NCBI GenBank assembly: GCA_963662335.2
Contig: CAXXVD010000002.1
Span: 672,001 to 736,000 of the forward strand
Direction of reading: 5' to 3'
Length of the DNA: 64,000 nt
DNA from: Chloroflexota bacterium
GTDB lineage: Bacteria > Chloroflexota > UBA11872 > VXOZ01
Part shown: positions 43,219 through 54,017 of the stretch, piece after piece
Numbering within the stretch: position 1 is the stretch's first letter
Layout: every line of letters begins with the position of its first letter
Program-made: the position numbers and the translations under genes
Notes under the pieces: model-generated
What the model was told of the DNA's origin: nothing
What the model saw: only the letters and a program-made list of their open reading frames with translations
Databases searched by the model: none

Positions 43219-45174
43219 ATGTCAGCGCAGTCCGGCGGCAGTTCCGCCGTGCCTGAGCCACGAATCTTCGATGATTCCAGCGTTTGGATCCGGGGCATCA
43301 CCCGCGCCTGGCAGATGTTGCCGCCGGTGGACGTGCGCGCCGCCATTACGCCCAGCGTGGTCGAGGCGGGCAGCGGCCACACCTTCGTCTTGACCCTCAC
43401 TGTGGGCCCCGGGCTCACATTGGCCGCGGGCGCGCACGTGACGGTGGAAATCCCGGAGTGCTGGGACTGCCATCTGGGCAACTGCTTTCGCCGCGGCGTG
43501 CGCACGCTGGGCAACCGCGGCCAGGTGCAAGCCGGCTACGGCGCGTACGTGGACGCGGCGTGTTCGAATCCCGACGTGCAACTCGCTTACGCCGCTTCCT
43601 GGGGCCGCCATCTGGATCTTCTCGACATTGTAGTGCAGGCAGGCGCGCTGCAGCCGGGCGACGAGGTCAATGTGACCATGGGCGCGCCGGACGGCAACCT
43701 GTTGCAGGCGCAGAAGTTCGCCCAGACCGCCGTGTTCAGCATTGCCGTGGACGTGGACGGCAGCGGCGCATACCGGCAAATCGCCGCGTTCCCGACCGTG
43801 CAGGTGATTGGCGCGCAGGCGGCGGACCGCTTCCGCGTCTTTGCGCCGGCCGTCGTCCGGCCGGGCGAGACGTTCGACGTGCGGGTGCTGCCGGTGGACA
43901 TCTACAGCTTCAATCCGGCGAGCGGCTACGCGGGCGAGGCGCGGGTCTTTGCATCGGACGGCCTTGCGACCCAAGAGCGCGTGCGCATAGACAGTGCCGC
44001 GCAGCCACATGGTGAAACACTGACCGTTACCGCGTCTGCGACGAAGTCGGCCAAGACGAGCGGCGCACACACCCTCAGCGTCTTCGATCCCCAGGCGGGA
44101 ATATCCGGCAAGAGCAATCCCATCGGCGTCGGCTTTCTGCCGGACCGGGGTATCTACTTTGGCGAGATGCACAGCCAAATGTGGCACAGCATGGGCACCG
44201 GGACCACGGCGGAGTTCTTCACCTGGGGACGTGACGTAGCCGGCCTGGACTTCTGCGCGCCCGCCAATCACTACAACTGGCGTTTCGAGGTCACGGACGA
44301 CATTTGGCAGGACCTCGTGGCCGACTGCAACCGCTTCAACACGCCCGGCCGCTTTGTGACCCTGGTCAGCTACGAGTGGGGCGGCGTGAGCGGCAGCGGG
44401 CACAAGAACATCTACTACCGGGGCGACAGCGGCCCGTTCCACTATTGGTACCGGCGCCAGCACCGCAATCCCGACGCGCTCTGGGAAGACATGGCGGAGC
44501 GCGGCCTAGAGGCGCTCACCGTGCCCCACCATCCCAAGGCGGCCGGCGGCGTGGACTGGCGCTTCCGCAACGACCGCTACCAACGGCTGGTGGAGATTTG
44601 TTCCAAGTGGGACGTTGCGGAAGAGGCCGGGCCGCGCAGCGTGCAGGCGGCGTTGGCAATGGGACACCGCCTGGGCTTCGTGGGCGGCACCGACAGCCAC
44701 TACGGCCTGGCCAATCAGGGCAGTTACCACGTGAACGACGGCAACGGCCTGGCCTGCGTCGTGGCGCCGGCGCTGACGCGCGAGGCCATCTGGCAGGCGC
44801 TCTCCGACCGCCGCTGCTACGCCACCACCGGCGACCGCATCCTACTGGACTTCACCAGCGACGGCCGGCCCATGGGCAGCGACATCACCGCCGACCTAGA
44901 GGGTGTCGGCCCGCGCCGCCTGCGGATGCGCGCGGCGGGCACGGCGCCGATAACGCGCGTGGAAGTCATCCGCAACAATCAGCCGGTCTTCAGCGCCGAC
45001 CCGCATAGCGACGTGTGGGAAGATGAGTGGACCGACACCGCCGACCTGTCCGCCGCCGCCTTCGCGCCCACGTTCCCGGACGACCGCCCGTTCGTCTACT
45101 ACTACCTGCGTGTGTTCCAGGCCAACCGCCAACGCGCCTGGAGCAGCCCGGTCTGGTACACCCAAACGGAGTGA
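43219..45174 (+). CDS. PHP-fold metallohydrolase (DUF3604 / CehA-McbA-like)
   Basis: YFGEMHSQ, LDFCAPANH, YEWG, GHKNI, PHHP, GFVGGTDSH and RAWSSPVW. Confidence 0.8.
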   Translation: MSAQSGGSSAVPEPRIFDDSSVWIRGITRAWQMLPPVDVRAAITPSVVEAGSGHTFVLTLTVGPGLTLAAGAHVTVEIPECWDCHLGNCFRRGVRTLGNRGQVQAGYGAYVDAACSNPDVQLAYAASWGRHLDLLDIVVQAGALQPGDEVNVTMGAPDGNLLQAQKFAQTAVFSIAVDVDGSGAYRQIAAFPTVQVIGAQAADRFRVFAPAVVRPGETFDVRVLPVDIYSFNPASGYAGEARVFASDGLATQERVRIDSAAQPHGETLTVTASATKSAKTSGAHTLSVFDPQAGISGKSNPIGVGFLPDRGIYFGEMHSQMWHSMGTGTTAEFFTWGRDVAGLDFCAPANHYNWRFEVTDDIWQDLVADCNRFNTPGRFVTLVSYEWGGVSGSGHKNIYYRGDSGPFHYWYRRQHRNPDALWEDMAERGLEALTVPHHPKAAGGVDWRFRNDRYQRLVEICSKWDVAEEAGPRSVQAALAMGHRLGFVGGTDSHYGLANQGSYHVNDGNGLACVVAPALTREAIWQALSDRRCYATTGDRILLDFTSDGRPMGSDITADLEGVGPRRLRMRAAGTAPITRVEVIRNNQPVFSADPHSDVWEDEWTDTADLSAAAFAPTFPDDRPFVYYYLRVFQANRQRAWSSPVWYTQTE

Positions 45175-45240
45175 GCGCACATGTTGGCTTTGCAGCGAGC
45201 GTTTACTCATTGAACGCGAAGTTACTAGAGGGCACAGTGT

Positions 45241-46122
45241 ATGAGCCGGCGAGCGTTGCGCAAGCAGCTAATCGTGGCCATCGAGGCGGGGGACATGTCC
45301 CGTGTGGCCGAAATCGCCGCAATTGATGCCGGTATCGTCAACGCGGCGAATGCCCACGGCCACGTGCCGTTGGGCGCGGCCATCGGCACGGGCTGCCTGG
45401 AGCGCGTGAAGTTGCTTGTTGCCCTGGGCGCGGATCCGCGCCATGCCTACCACGGGCGGACTCTGCTGGACGCGGCGGCGTATGGCGGCCACGCGGACAT
45501 TCTCCGGTATCTCATTGCAATCGGCCTCCGGCCTACTATCCAACACGCCGCGGCCATTGGCGACATTCCCTTGCTGGAGCGGCTGCTCGGCGCAACGCCG
45601 GCGCTGCGCGAGCCGGCGGCGGCCGGCGGCCGCTGGCGGCTCGCGCCGCTGCACGCGGCGGCAATAGGGGGCAGCCGGGCCGCCGTAGCGTACTTGCTGG
45701 CGCGCGGCGTGCCCGTTGACGCGGAGAACCACAACGGCCACACCGCGTTGGCTCTCTGCGTGGAGCATCCAACGGCGGAAGTCCGCGCGGCCATTGCGCA
45801 ACTGCTGCTTGCCGGCGGCGCGGACGCCAATGCCAAAGGCGGTCATCACAGCGGTACGGTGCTCCACCGGGCAGTCGTAAACGGTGACTCTGACGTGGCG
45901 CGCCTGCTGCTGGAACACGGGGCTGACCCAGACCGCCAAGATTGGTCGGGCAAGACGCCGCTCCACCATGCGGTTGCCAGGAATCGCCACCTGGTTGCGC
46001 TGTTGCTGGCGCACGCGCCGGACCTGGCGTTGCAGTCCCGCGACGGAGAGACGGCCGCGCAGTACGCGCGGCGCTTGCGCAAGCGGGCGAGCGTGCGCTT
46101 GCTGGAAGAGGCGCGCGCCTGA
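45241..46122 (+). CDS. Ankyrin repeat protein
   Basis: Repeated G.TPLH.A / LL..GAD.N motifs (GKTPLHHAV, GTVLHRAV, GHTALAL). Confidence 0.9.
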   Translation: MSRRALRKQLIVAIEAGDMSRVAEIAAIDAGIVNAANAHGHVPLGAAIGTGCLERVKLLVALGADPRHAYHGRTLLDAAAYGGHADILRYLIAIGLRPTIQHAAAIGDIPLLERLLGATPALREPAAAGGRWRLAPLHAAAIGGSRAAVAYLLARGVPVDAENHNGHTALALCVEHPTAEVRAAIAQLLLAGGADANAKGGHHSGTVLHRAVVNGDSDVARLLLEHGADPDRQDWSGKTPLHHAVARNRHLVALLLAHAPDLALQSRDGETAAQYARRLRKRASVRLLEEARA

Positions 46123-46301
46123 CCGCGCCGCGAACGAATGCGCGTCCCGCGTGCGGCCGCGGGCGCACACCGGGCGCCGGAGACTCCTTCGAGGCGCGGC
46201 GAGCGCTTTCGCCGCGCGGGGCGGTGTGGTAGAATGCGCGTGGTCGTTCGGACCGTATTCCGCCGCTCGTTGTTCCCGCTGGCATTGGAGTGTAGATTGG
46301 C

Positions 46302-46994
46302 GTGGAGATTACCTGGTACGGCAACGGATGTTTCCGCTTGCGCAGCCAGTCAGGGACGGTAATCACCGACCCATATCCGCCCACCCCCGCGCTCCGCCTC
46401 CCCAAGCTCACCGCCGACATCGTCACCCTGAGCGAAGCCGCGCTGCGGGACGCCGCGCAGCACATCGCCCCGCGCAAAGACCGCGGCCCCATGCTCCTCT
46501 CCGGGCCGGGCGAGTACGAGATCGGCGGCGCCTTCATCTGGGGTGTGCCCATGAACGGCCGCGGCGAGAGTCCCGCGGCCGGTGCGCCGCCCACGGCCCA
46601 GCGGCCGGTCACCGCCTTCGTCTTCGAGATGGATGGGGTGACGATTTGCCACCTGGGACTGCCGGAACAGACGCCCTCCGCGGCGCAGATCGAGGCGCTC
46701 GGCGACGTGGATCTGCTGCTCCTGCCGGTGGGCGGGCCGGGGCGAATTGGCGTACAGGCGGTGTCTGACCTGGCCAGCGAACTGGAGCCGAAGGCGCTAT
46801 TGCCCATGTACTACAGCCTGCCGGACGCTCCCAACGAGCGCTTCCACGGACTGGAGCGGCTGGCCCGCGAACTTGGGCAGAAGGAGTTGCCGCAACCGGA
46901 AGCCACGTTCAATACCCGCCGCCGGGGCGGAATGGGCCAGAACACGTTGGCGGTGCTCGAGTGCCGTGCGCAGACGGGGGCGAAAGCGGGTTAG
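46302..46994 (+). CDS. MBL-fold hydrolase-like protein (Lactamase_B_3 type), metal motif degenerate
   Basis: ITWYGNGCF, ITDPY, GPGEYEIGG, ICHLG, DLLLLPVGG and LPMYY. Confidence 0.75.
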   Translation: MEITWYGNGCFRLRSQSGTVITDPYPPTPALRLPKLTADIVTLSEAALRDAAQHIAPRKDRGPMLLSGPGEYEIGGAFIWGVPMNGRGESPAAGAPPTAQRPVTAFVFEMDGVTICHLGLPEQTPSAAQIEALGDVDLLLLPVGGPGRIGVQAVSDLASELEPKALLPMYYSLPDAPNERFHGLERLARELGQKELPQPEATFNTRRRGGMGQNTLAVLECRAQTGAKAG

Positions 46995-47019
46995 GCGTTG
47001 GCCGGGAGTGAGTGAATTG

Positions 47020-48756
47020 ATGACGGAAACCAGGCGCGGGCAGAGAAAGCACATCTTCGTTACCGGCGGCGTCGTCTCCTCAGTGGGCAAAGGCGTGGCC
47101 GTGGCCGCCATCGGACGTCTGCTCAAGAGCCGGGGCATTCGCGTCTCCATTCAGAAGCTCGACCCCTACTTCAACGTTGACCCCGGCACCATGAGTCCCT
47201 ACCAGCACGGCGAGGTGTTCGTGACAGAAGACGGCGCGGAGACCGACCTGGACTTGGGCCACTACGAGCGCTTCATCGACGAGCACCTCACGCGCGAGAG
47301 CAACGTGACCGCGGGCCAGGTGTTCGAGCACGTGATCGAGAAGGAGCGGCGCGGCGACTTTCTCGGCGGCACCGTGCAGATGATCCCCCACGTGACGGGC
47401 GAGATTCGCGAACGCATCTTGCGCGTGGGGGAGGCCTCCGACGCCGAGGTGGTGATCGTGGAAGTGGGCGGCACGGTCGGTGACATCGAGAGCCAGCCGT
47501 TCATCGAGAGCATCCGCCAACTGCGGCGTAACCTGGGACGGGAGAACGTGTTCTACATCCACGTCACCCTGCTGCCGCACATCGCTTCCACCGGCGAACT
47601 CAAGACGAAACCCACCCAGCACAGCGTGCAGGAACTGCGGCGGCTGGGCATTCAACCGGACATGATCATCTGCCGCTCCGACGACGAAATGCCGCCGGAA
47701 CTGCGGGAGAAGATCGCGCTCTTCTGCGACGTGGACGAACCGGCGGTGATTCCGCTGGTGACGTTTTCCTCCATCTACGAAGTGCCGTTGTACTTAGAGA
47801 AGATTGGCGTCGGCGCGGTGCTGGCGCAGGCGTTGCGCTTAGCGGAGCGGACGCCGGACCTGGCGGTCTGGGAAGAGATCGTGGCGCACGTAAATGGGGA
47901 AGAGAACCGGCCGTTGCGCGTGGCCGTCGTGGGCAAGTACACCCAGTTGCCGGACGCCTACCTAAGCGTGGTGGAGGCGCTGCGGCACGCCTGCATCGCC
48001 CAGCGGGGGCGCCTGGACCTGAAGTGGGTGAACGCCGAGGACGTGGAAGCCGATGGGCCGGAGGCCCACCTGAACGACGCGCGCGGCATCGTGGTGCCGG
48101 GCGGCTTCGGGCCGCGCGGCATCGAGGGCAAGATTGCGGCGGCGCGCTTCGCGCGCGAAAAGAAGATTCCCTACCTGGGCCTCTGCCTCGGTTTGCAAGT
48201 TGCCGTTATCGAGTTCGCCCGCGCGGTGATGGGCGCGGCGGCCAACAGCACCGAGTTCGATCCGGGGACGCCGCTGCCGGTGATAGACCAGATGGAGAGC
48301 CAGCGCGGCATTACCCAGAAAGGCGGCACCATGCGGCTGGGCGCGTATCCCTGCGCACTGGAACCCGGCACGTTGGCGGCTGAGGCGTACGGCGAATCCC
48401 TGGTGCACGAGCGCCACCGCCACCGCTGGGAGGTGAACGACCGCTACAAAGACGTCTTGGCAGAGCACGGCTTCCGCGTGAGCGGCGTCTGGCCGGAAGG
48501 CGGCCTGGCCGAAATCATGGAGCGCACGGACCACCCGTTCTTCCTGGGCAGCCAGTTCCACCCGGAGTTCAAGTCCCGCCCCAACCGCCCCCACCCGCTC
48601 TTCGCGGCCTTCGTCCAGGCGGCCAAGCGGGTGCACCTGGAAGGCGACCAGGAAGCGCTGCCCATCGGCGCGAGCGATGAGATGCCCGCCCCGCCACCGG
48701 AACTCGACCCAGAGGGCGAGGAGTATCCCGTTCCCAGCGGGCGGTTTCAAGGGTAG
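47020..48756 (+). CDS. pyrG: CTP synthase
   Basis: [42 protein letters not shown] and QFHPEF. Confidence 0.97.
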   Translation: MTETRRGQRKHIFVTGGVVSSVGKGVAVAAIGRLLKSRGIRVSIQKLDPYFNVDPGTMSPYQHGEVFVTEDGAETDLDLGHYERFIDEHLTRESNVTAGQVFEHVIEKERRGDFLGGTVQMIPHVTGEIRERILRVGEASDAEVVIVEVGGTVGDIESQPFIESIRQLRRNLGRENVFYIHVTLLPHIASTGELKTKPTQHSVQELRRLGIQPDMIICRSDDEMPPELREKIALFCDVDEPAVIPLVTFSSIYEVPLYLEKIGVGAVLAQALRLAERTPDLAVWEEIVAHVNGEENRPLRVAVVGKYTQLPDAYLSVVEALRHACIAQRGRLDLKWVNAEDVEADGPEAHLNDARGIVVPGGFGPRGIEGKIAAARFAREKKIPYLGLCLGLQVAVIEFARAVMGAAANSTEFDPGTPLPVIDQMESQRGITQKGGTMRLGAYPCALEPGTLAAEAYGESLVHERHRHRWEVNDRYKDVLAEHGFRVSGVWPEGGLAEIMERTDHPFFLGSQFHPEFKSRPNRPHPLFAAFVQAAKRVHLEGDQEALPIGASDEMPAPPPELDPEGEEYPVPSGRFQG

Positions 48757-48782
48757 TCTCAAAAGGCATAGCGAGGCAGGAG

Positions 48783-49808
48783 ATGGATAAACTTGGCGTA
48801 GCCGTTATCGGTCTTGGCGTCGGGCGCAGTCACTTGCGCGCGTATCGGCAGATACCCGGTGTGCGGCCGGTGATCGTGTGTGATACGGATGAGGAGCGCT
48901 TGGCGGAGGCGCGGCAGGAGTGCGACGGAATAGCGACAACGCGCGACGTGGACGCGGCGGTTAGTCGCGACGACGTGCACGTGGTTTCGATCTGCACGCC
49001 GGACCACCTGCATTACGAGCACTGCCTGGCGGCGCTGGCGCACGGCAAGCACATCCTGTGCGAGAAGCCCATGACCGTCAGCGAGCCGCACGCCTGGGAC
49101 CTCGTGCGGCGGGTCGCGGAAGCGGACGTGCGCTTCGGCGTGGGCAACGTGAACCGTTTCGTACCGCAATTTGCGGCGCTCAGCCAGTTTGTGCGGGAGG
49201 GACGGCTGGGCGAACTCTTCTTCGTGGAAAGCGACTATATTCACGACATGCGCAACGTCTACAAGCGCACGCCGTGGCGGGCCGATAGCACGAATCCCCA
49301 GAACGCCTGGTACGGCGGCGGGGTGCATCCCATGGACCTGGTGCGCTGGGTGGCCGGCGACGTGGCGGAGATTACGCTCTACGCCAATAAGTGCGCCAGC
49401 GCGCCGGAATTTCCCCTGCCGGACACCTACATCAGCATCCTGAAGTTTGAGAACGGCTGCCTGGGCAAAGTGTGGGAGACCTCCGCCATCCGCCGCGTGC
49501 CGGGGCACGTGGTGAACTTCAACGCCTACGGCGCGGAAGGCACCATGCTTACCAATACGCTGGAGATGGAAGCGAAACTCTGGCTGAACTGGGGCGTGGC
49601 GGGACAGGCCGATGCCCAGATTTTGCCCTTCCGGCGCACTATCGGCCATCCGGTGTTGGACGAACTCACGCACCTGGTGGATTGCATCCGCAGCGGCGCG
49701 ACGCCGCTGGTAGACGCGCTGGAAGGCGCCAAGACCGTGGCCACCCTGGCCGCGGGCCTGCGCTCGCTGGAGAGCGGCAAGCCGGAGCAAGTGAATTCCG
49801 GGCCGTGA
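48783..49808 (+). CDS. Gfo/Idh/MocA family oxidoreductase
   Basis: VIGLG, ICTPDHLH, HILCEKP and GGVHPMD. Confidence 0.9.
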   Translation: MDKLGVAVIGLGVGRSHLRAYRQIPGVRPVIVCDTDEERLAEARQECDGIATTRDVDAAVSRDDVHVVSICTPDHLHYEHCLAALAHGKHILCEKPMTVSEPHAWDLVRRVAEADVRFGVGNVNRFVPQFAALSQFVREGRLGELFFVESDYIHDMRNVYKRTPWRADSTNPQNAWYGGGVHPMDLVRWVAGDVAEITLYANKCASAPEFPLPDTYISILKFENGCLGKVWETSAIRRVPGHVVNFNAYGAEGTMLTNTLEMEAKLWLNWGVAGQADAQILPFRRTIGHPVLDELTHLVDCIRSGATPLVDALEGAKTVATLAAGLRSLESGKPEQVNSGP

Positions 49809-49837
49809 TTTTGTTTTCGTGAAGGGGCGCAAACAGG

Positions 49838-49867
49838 TGTAGGGGCACGACATGTCGTGCCCCTACA
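49838..49867. repeat. Perfect 30-bp GTAG...CTAC palindrome between convergent genes
   Basis: TGTAGGGGCACGACATGTCGTGCCCCTACA. Related copy at 51234-51261. Confidence 0.8.
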
Positions 49868-49901
49868 CAATTGCCCGTTACTAGAGGTGTTGCCCTAACG
49901 G

Positions 49902-51185
49902 CTAGACCAGCGTCTGGGTGGCCACCTTCCACAGCGCCTGTGCCACGTCGGCGCAGTCGGCCTCGGTGTAGTTGGGCGCGATGGCGATGAGCACGGCGCG
50001 GGCCATGATGGCTTCCGTGCGCGGACAGAGGCCGGGGCCGTAGGTTTGGGTGAGCGCGCCCACCGCCGGCCGGTAGTTTTGCAGCGCCTCGCTGGTGTAG
50101 ACCGGCTTGCCGCCGTAGACGTGCCGCGCCGGGATGCCCTCCGCGCGCAGCGCCCGCACGAACGGCCCGGTGTGGGCCGGATCGTCCAGCAGCAGGCCGA
50201 GGGCCACACCGGCCACGCCGTTGGGATCAGGCAAGTGGCGCGGCGTCACGCCGGGCAGTCCTTGGATCTCCGCTTTGATAATGTCGTGGGCGCGCCGCAT
50301 GTGGGCGATGATGCCCGGCAACTTGCGCATCTGCGCCAGCGCCAGCGCCCCGGCCAGTTCGCCCATGCGGTAGACCTCGCCCGGAAAGGCGTCGAGTTGG
50401 GCGGGCGGGTAGACGGTGAGGTCGCCCATGGTGTCGTCCGGCGCGCTCGTTTCGACGGCGTGGCGGCCAAAACGATAATTGCCGTGGTCGTGGTAGCGCA
50501 CGGCGCGCTCGAACATTGCCGGGTCGCTGGTGGTGACGATGCCGCCCTCGCCCGCGGTGATGATCTTGTTCACCTGCAGGCTGAACGCGCCCACGTCGCC
50601 CCACGCGCCGATGGGCTTCTGCTTGTACGCCGTGCCGGCCGATTGCGCGCAATCCTCGAGCACGCCCAGGCCGTGCCGCCGCGCGACGTCCATGATGTCG
50701 TCCATTGCCGCGGCCACGCCGCTGGTGTGCACCGGCATGATGGCGCGGGTGCGGGAGGTGATGCGATTCTCAATGTCGTCGGCAGCGAGCGTGAGGGATT
50801 CGTCAACGTCGGCGAAGACCGGAATCGCGTGGTGCGCCGCGACCGTGCCGGGCGAGGCAATGAAGGTGAGCGCCGGCACGATGACCTCATCGCCGGGCGC
50901 GATGTCCAGCGCCTTCAGACCGACTTTCAGGGCGGCGGTGCCGGAGGTCACGCCCAGCGCGTAGGACGTGCCCATCATGCGCGCCGCTTCGCGCTCCAGG
51001 GCCGCTACTTTGTCCGGCTCGTTGACGCCGTAGAAGCGGAACGGCGCGCGCTTTTCCAGCACTTCGAGGACGAGTTCACGCTCCTCGTCGCCGATGAGCC
51101 GCGCGCCGGGATAGCCGGTCTCCAACGGCGTCTTGCGCACCGGCTCGCCGCCGTCTACTGCCAGGCGCTCGATTGTCGTTGCCAT
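49902..51185 (-). CDS. DegT/DnrJ/EryC1/StrS aminotransferase
   Basis: TSGTAAL, GDEVIVPALTF, EDCAQS and FSLQVNKIITAGEGG. Confidence 0.9.
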   Translation of the reverse strand: MATTIERLAVDGGEPVRKTPLETGYPGARLIGDEERELVLEVLEKRAPFRFYGVNEPDKVAALEREAARMMGTSYALGVTSGTAALKVGLKALDIAPGDEVIVPALTFIASPGTVAAHHAIPVFADVDESLTLAADDIENRITSRTRAIMPVHTSGVAAAMDDIMDVARRHGLGVLEDCAQSAGTAYKQKPIGAWGDVGAFSLQVNKIITAGEGGIVTTSDPAMFERAVRYHDHGNYRFGRHAVETSAPDDTMGDLTVYPPAQLDAFPGEVYRMGELAGALALAQMRKLPGIIAHMRRAHDIIKAEIQGLPGVTPRHLPDPNGVAGVALGLLLDDPAHTGPFVRALRAEGIPARHVYGGKPVYTSEALQNYRPAVGALTQTYGPGLCPRTEAIMARAVLIAIAPNYTEADCADVAQALWKVATQTLV

Positions 51186-51359
51186 GGTCTGATTCTCCTG
51201 TCCGTCGGTTGCAGGAACCGCTATGTTTTCACCGTAGAGCCACGATATATCGTGCCTCTACACCGCTTTCTGATCCAGCTTCTCCCCTTCCCCACCTGGA
51301 TTCCGGCGGAAGCCGGAGTGACGCACTCGCCTACCGACTAGATTGAGAAAGGGAGAGAC

Positions 51360-52214
51360 CTACCGCTTCTTCGTATGCAGATGCTTTTCCTTCAAGATAA
51401 CCTTCTCCGCCGTGCCGCCCATGATGGCCGTGCGCTTTTCCTCGCTCATCGGGAAATTGCGCAGGAACTCGACCTGCGGCAGCGGTTGCCAGGGGTGGAG
51501 GTAGTCGGTGCCGAGCATCAGCTTCTGCCAGTTGCGGTCGATGAAACCGGGCGTAAAGTCCGGGTCGCGGGAGATGGCGTTGAAGCCGGAACCGGCGGAG
51601 AGGTCGCCGTACATGTTGGGATATTCCTGCAGGAGGCGTTCCGTGCTGCCGCCGGGCGTCACCTTGCCCGGGGGATAGCCGATGCGGCTGGCGCGTTTGA
51701 AGTCCGCGGAAATTTCCGCCCACCACGCCGGGCCGTGGCCCATGAAGACGGTGTTCGGGCACTGTTTCAGCACGCGCTCCATGCCCGGTTGGCCGTCCTC
51801 GTCGGTGCAGAGGTTCAGGTCCAGGTGCAGCATAACCGGCAGGTCGAACTCGCCGGCCATTGAGAAGAGTTCGATGGCGCGCGGGTCGTCGATCGCCAGG
51901 CCGTTCTTGTGCTCGCCAAAGCCCATGATGCCGCGCGCGACCATCCGCTCCAGCAGCATGCGTTTGTTCACGGCAGCCCGCGGATCGATGACGCCAAACG
52001 GGATGAACCGCTCCGGAAACCGCTTCCAGTCTTCCAACGCCTCCGCCGTGAGGAAGTACTCCGGAAAGGACTCCGGACTTTCCAGCGGCAGCAGCACGGA
52101 CATGTCCACGCCCATCTTGTCCATGCGGTTCACCATCTGTTCCGCCGTCATGGTGAGGGCGTTGCCCATGCTCCAGCGTCCGCGGCACGTGTGCGTGTGT
52201 ACGTCGATAACCAT
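51360..52214 (-). CDS. Amidohydrolase family protein (Amidohydro_2)
   Basis: IDVHTH, GFGEHK, FMGHGP, DLSAGSG and MLGTDY. Confidence 0.85.
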   Translation of the reverse strand: MVIDVHTHTCRGRWSMGNALTMTAEQMVNRMDKMGVDMSVLLPLESPESFPEYFLTAEALEDWKRFPERFIPFGVIDPRAAVNKRMLLERMVARGIMGFGEHKNGLAIDDPRAIELFSMAGEFDLPVMLHLDLNLCTDEDGQPGMERVLKQCPNTVFMGHGPAWWAEISADFKRASRIGYPPGKVTPGGSTERLLQEYPNMYGDLSAGSGFNAISRDPDFTPGFIDRNWQKLMLGTDYLHPWQPLPQVEFLRNFPMSEEKRTAIMGGTAEKVILKEKHLHTKKR

Positions 52215-52330
52215 AGTGTGCGTGTACCTCCCGGTGGTCTGACTGCGTGCTCCCTGAAAGCGGTTGTTGACGTTGTTAGGAGTATACCGTATCCGGCACA
52301 ATGGCAGGGGCGTGAAACCTGGCGAGGAGA

Positions 52331-53413
52331 ATGCACATCGTGAACAAATTCGTTCTACCAACCCCGGCGCTCTGTATCGACATGGCGGCGGTCGGCCACA
52401 ACCTGCGCGCGATGCAGGACTTCGCCGACGGGGCCGGCGTGGACCTGCGCCCCCACGCCAAGACCCACAAGCACCCGTTCTTTGCGCACATGCAACTCGC
52501 CCAGGGCGCAGTGGGCGTCTGCGTGGCGAAACTGAGCGAAGCGGCGGTGATGGTGCAGGGCGGCGTCAAGGACATTCTCGTCACCAATGAAATCGCCGAT
52601 CCGCGCAAGTTGCGCCAACTGGCGGCCTTGGCGCACTACGCCACAATCACGCTGGCGGTGGATAGCCTGCCGTGCGCCGCGGACGCCGCGCGCGCCGCCA
52701 TGGACGCGGGCAGCACGCTGCGGCTGCTCATCGAGGTGGATAGCGGCTCGGAACGCTGCGGCACGGCGCCCGGCGAACCGACACTGGAACTGGCGCGGGG
52801 CATCATGGAACTGGAAAGCGTGGAATTCGCCGGCGTGATGGGCTATGAGGGCCACTGCATGTTCATCGAAGACGCGGACGAGCGCCGGCGGATGGCGCAG
52901 GCGGACCAGGAAAAGCTGGTAGGGAGCGCCGAACTCATCCGCGCCAGCGGCATCCCGGTGCAGACGGTCTCCGCCGCCGGCACCGGCACCTACGACGTTA
53001 CCGGCCGCTACCCCGGCATCACCGAGATCCAGCCGGGTTCCTACATCTTCATGGACGGGCGCTACCGCCCGCTGCGGCCGGAGTTTCGCTGCGCGCTCTC
53101 GGTGGTCTGCACGGTGATCAGCCGTCCCACGCCGGAGCGGGTGGTGGTGGACGTGGGCATGAAGTCGCTGACTAACGATTTCGGGATGCCGGACGTGCTG
53201 AGCATTCCCAATTGCGAGTTCTACCGCGAAGGCGAGGAAAACGCCTGCATCCGCCTAGCCGACACCAACCACCCTATCCGCCCCGGCGACCCGGTGGAAC
53301 TCCTGCCCATGCACGGCGATACGACGATTGCCGTGCACGATGAGTACCACCTCTGCCACGGCGAGGAGGTGGTGATGACGCTGCCGATACTGGGACGGGG
53401 GAAGTTTATCTGA
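52331..53413 (+). CDS. DSD1 / D-threonine aldolase-like fold-III PLP enzyme
   Basis: LPTPAL, LRPHAKTHK, MGYEGH, GTGTY and EIQPGSYIFMD. Confidence 0.85.
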   Translation: MHIVNKFVLPTPALCIDMAAVGHNLRAMQDFADGAGVDLRPHAKTHKHPFFAHMQLAQGAVGVCVAKLSEAAVMVQGGVKDILVTNEIADPRKLRQLAALAHYATITLAVDSLPCAADAARAAMDAGSTLRLLIEVDSGSERCGTAPGEPTLELARGIMELESVEFAGVMGYEGHCMFIEDADERRRMAQADQEKLVGSAELIRASGIPVQTVSAAGTGTYDVTGRYPGITEIQPGSYIFMDGRYRPLRPEFRCALSVVCTVISRPTPERVVVDVGMKSLTNDFGMPDVLSIPNCEFYREGEENACIRLADTNHPIRPGDPVELLPMHGDTTIAVHDEYHLCHGEEVVMTLPILGRGKFI

Positions 53414-53552
53414 TGTGCTGGACAAACGGCGTAAGCCTGAGAATTCCTTGCCTGATTGGAGGTTAGATGCGTAGCTAACGCCTAAGGGGTGTGCAAAGAG
53501 CCGTATGGTAGAATAGTACTATCAAAGCGTGTATTGGCAAGGGGATAGCATC

Positions 53553-54017
53553 ATGGAGCACGACGCCAGAAGCGTGGCGAACGAATTGCTTCGCCGAGCC
53601 AAAGACGACGGCAGCCCGATAACCCACTTGAAGGTCATGAAGTTGGTCTACTTCTGCCATGCGTGGATGCTGGGCCTCTATCATGAACCGCTGCAATTTC
53701 AACCGGTTGAAGCATGGCGGTACGGCCCAGTGGTGCGAGACGTGTACCGCAGTCTACGGCGGTATGGCGGCGAGCCGATCAACCGCCCGATCAGCATTGC
53801 GGATGAAGAGTACACCCCTACCCAGAAGGATCTCATGGATCAAGTCTGGGAAGTCTACGGCAAATACACCGCCAGACAGTTGTCCGCCATAACCCATGCT
53901 CCTGGGACGCCATGGCACCAGGTCTGGCATCAATGGGGAAAGAGCGCCGTCATACCCGATCCTATGATTGAGGACTATTACGCAGACCTCTATGAGCAAT
54001 CGACAAGAGAGCCATGA
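53553..54017 (+). CDS. Panacea (DUF4065, SocA-like) antitoxin
   Basis: VANELL, ITHLKVMKLVYF, EAWRYGPVV and LSAITHAPGTPW. Confidence 0.9.
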   Translation: MEHDARSVANELLRRAKDDGSPITHLKVMKLVYFCHAWMLGLYHEPLQFQPVEAWRYGPVVRDVYRSLRRYGGEPINRPISIADEEYTPTQKDLMDQVWEVYGKYTARQLSAITHAPGTPWHQVWHQWGKSAVIPDPMIEDYYADLYEQSTREP

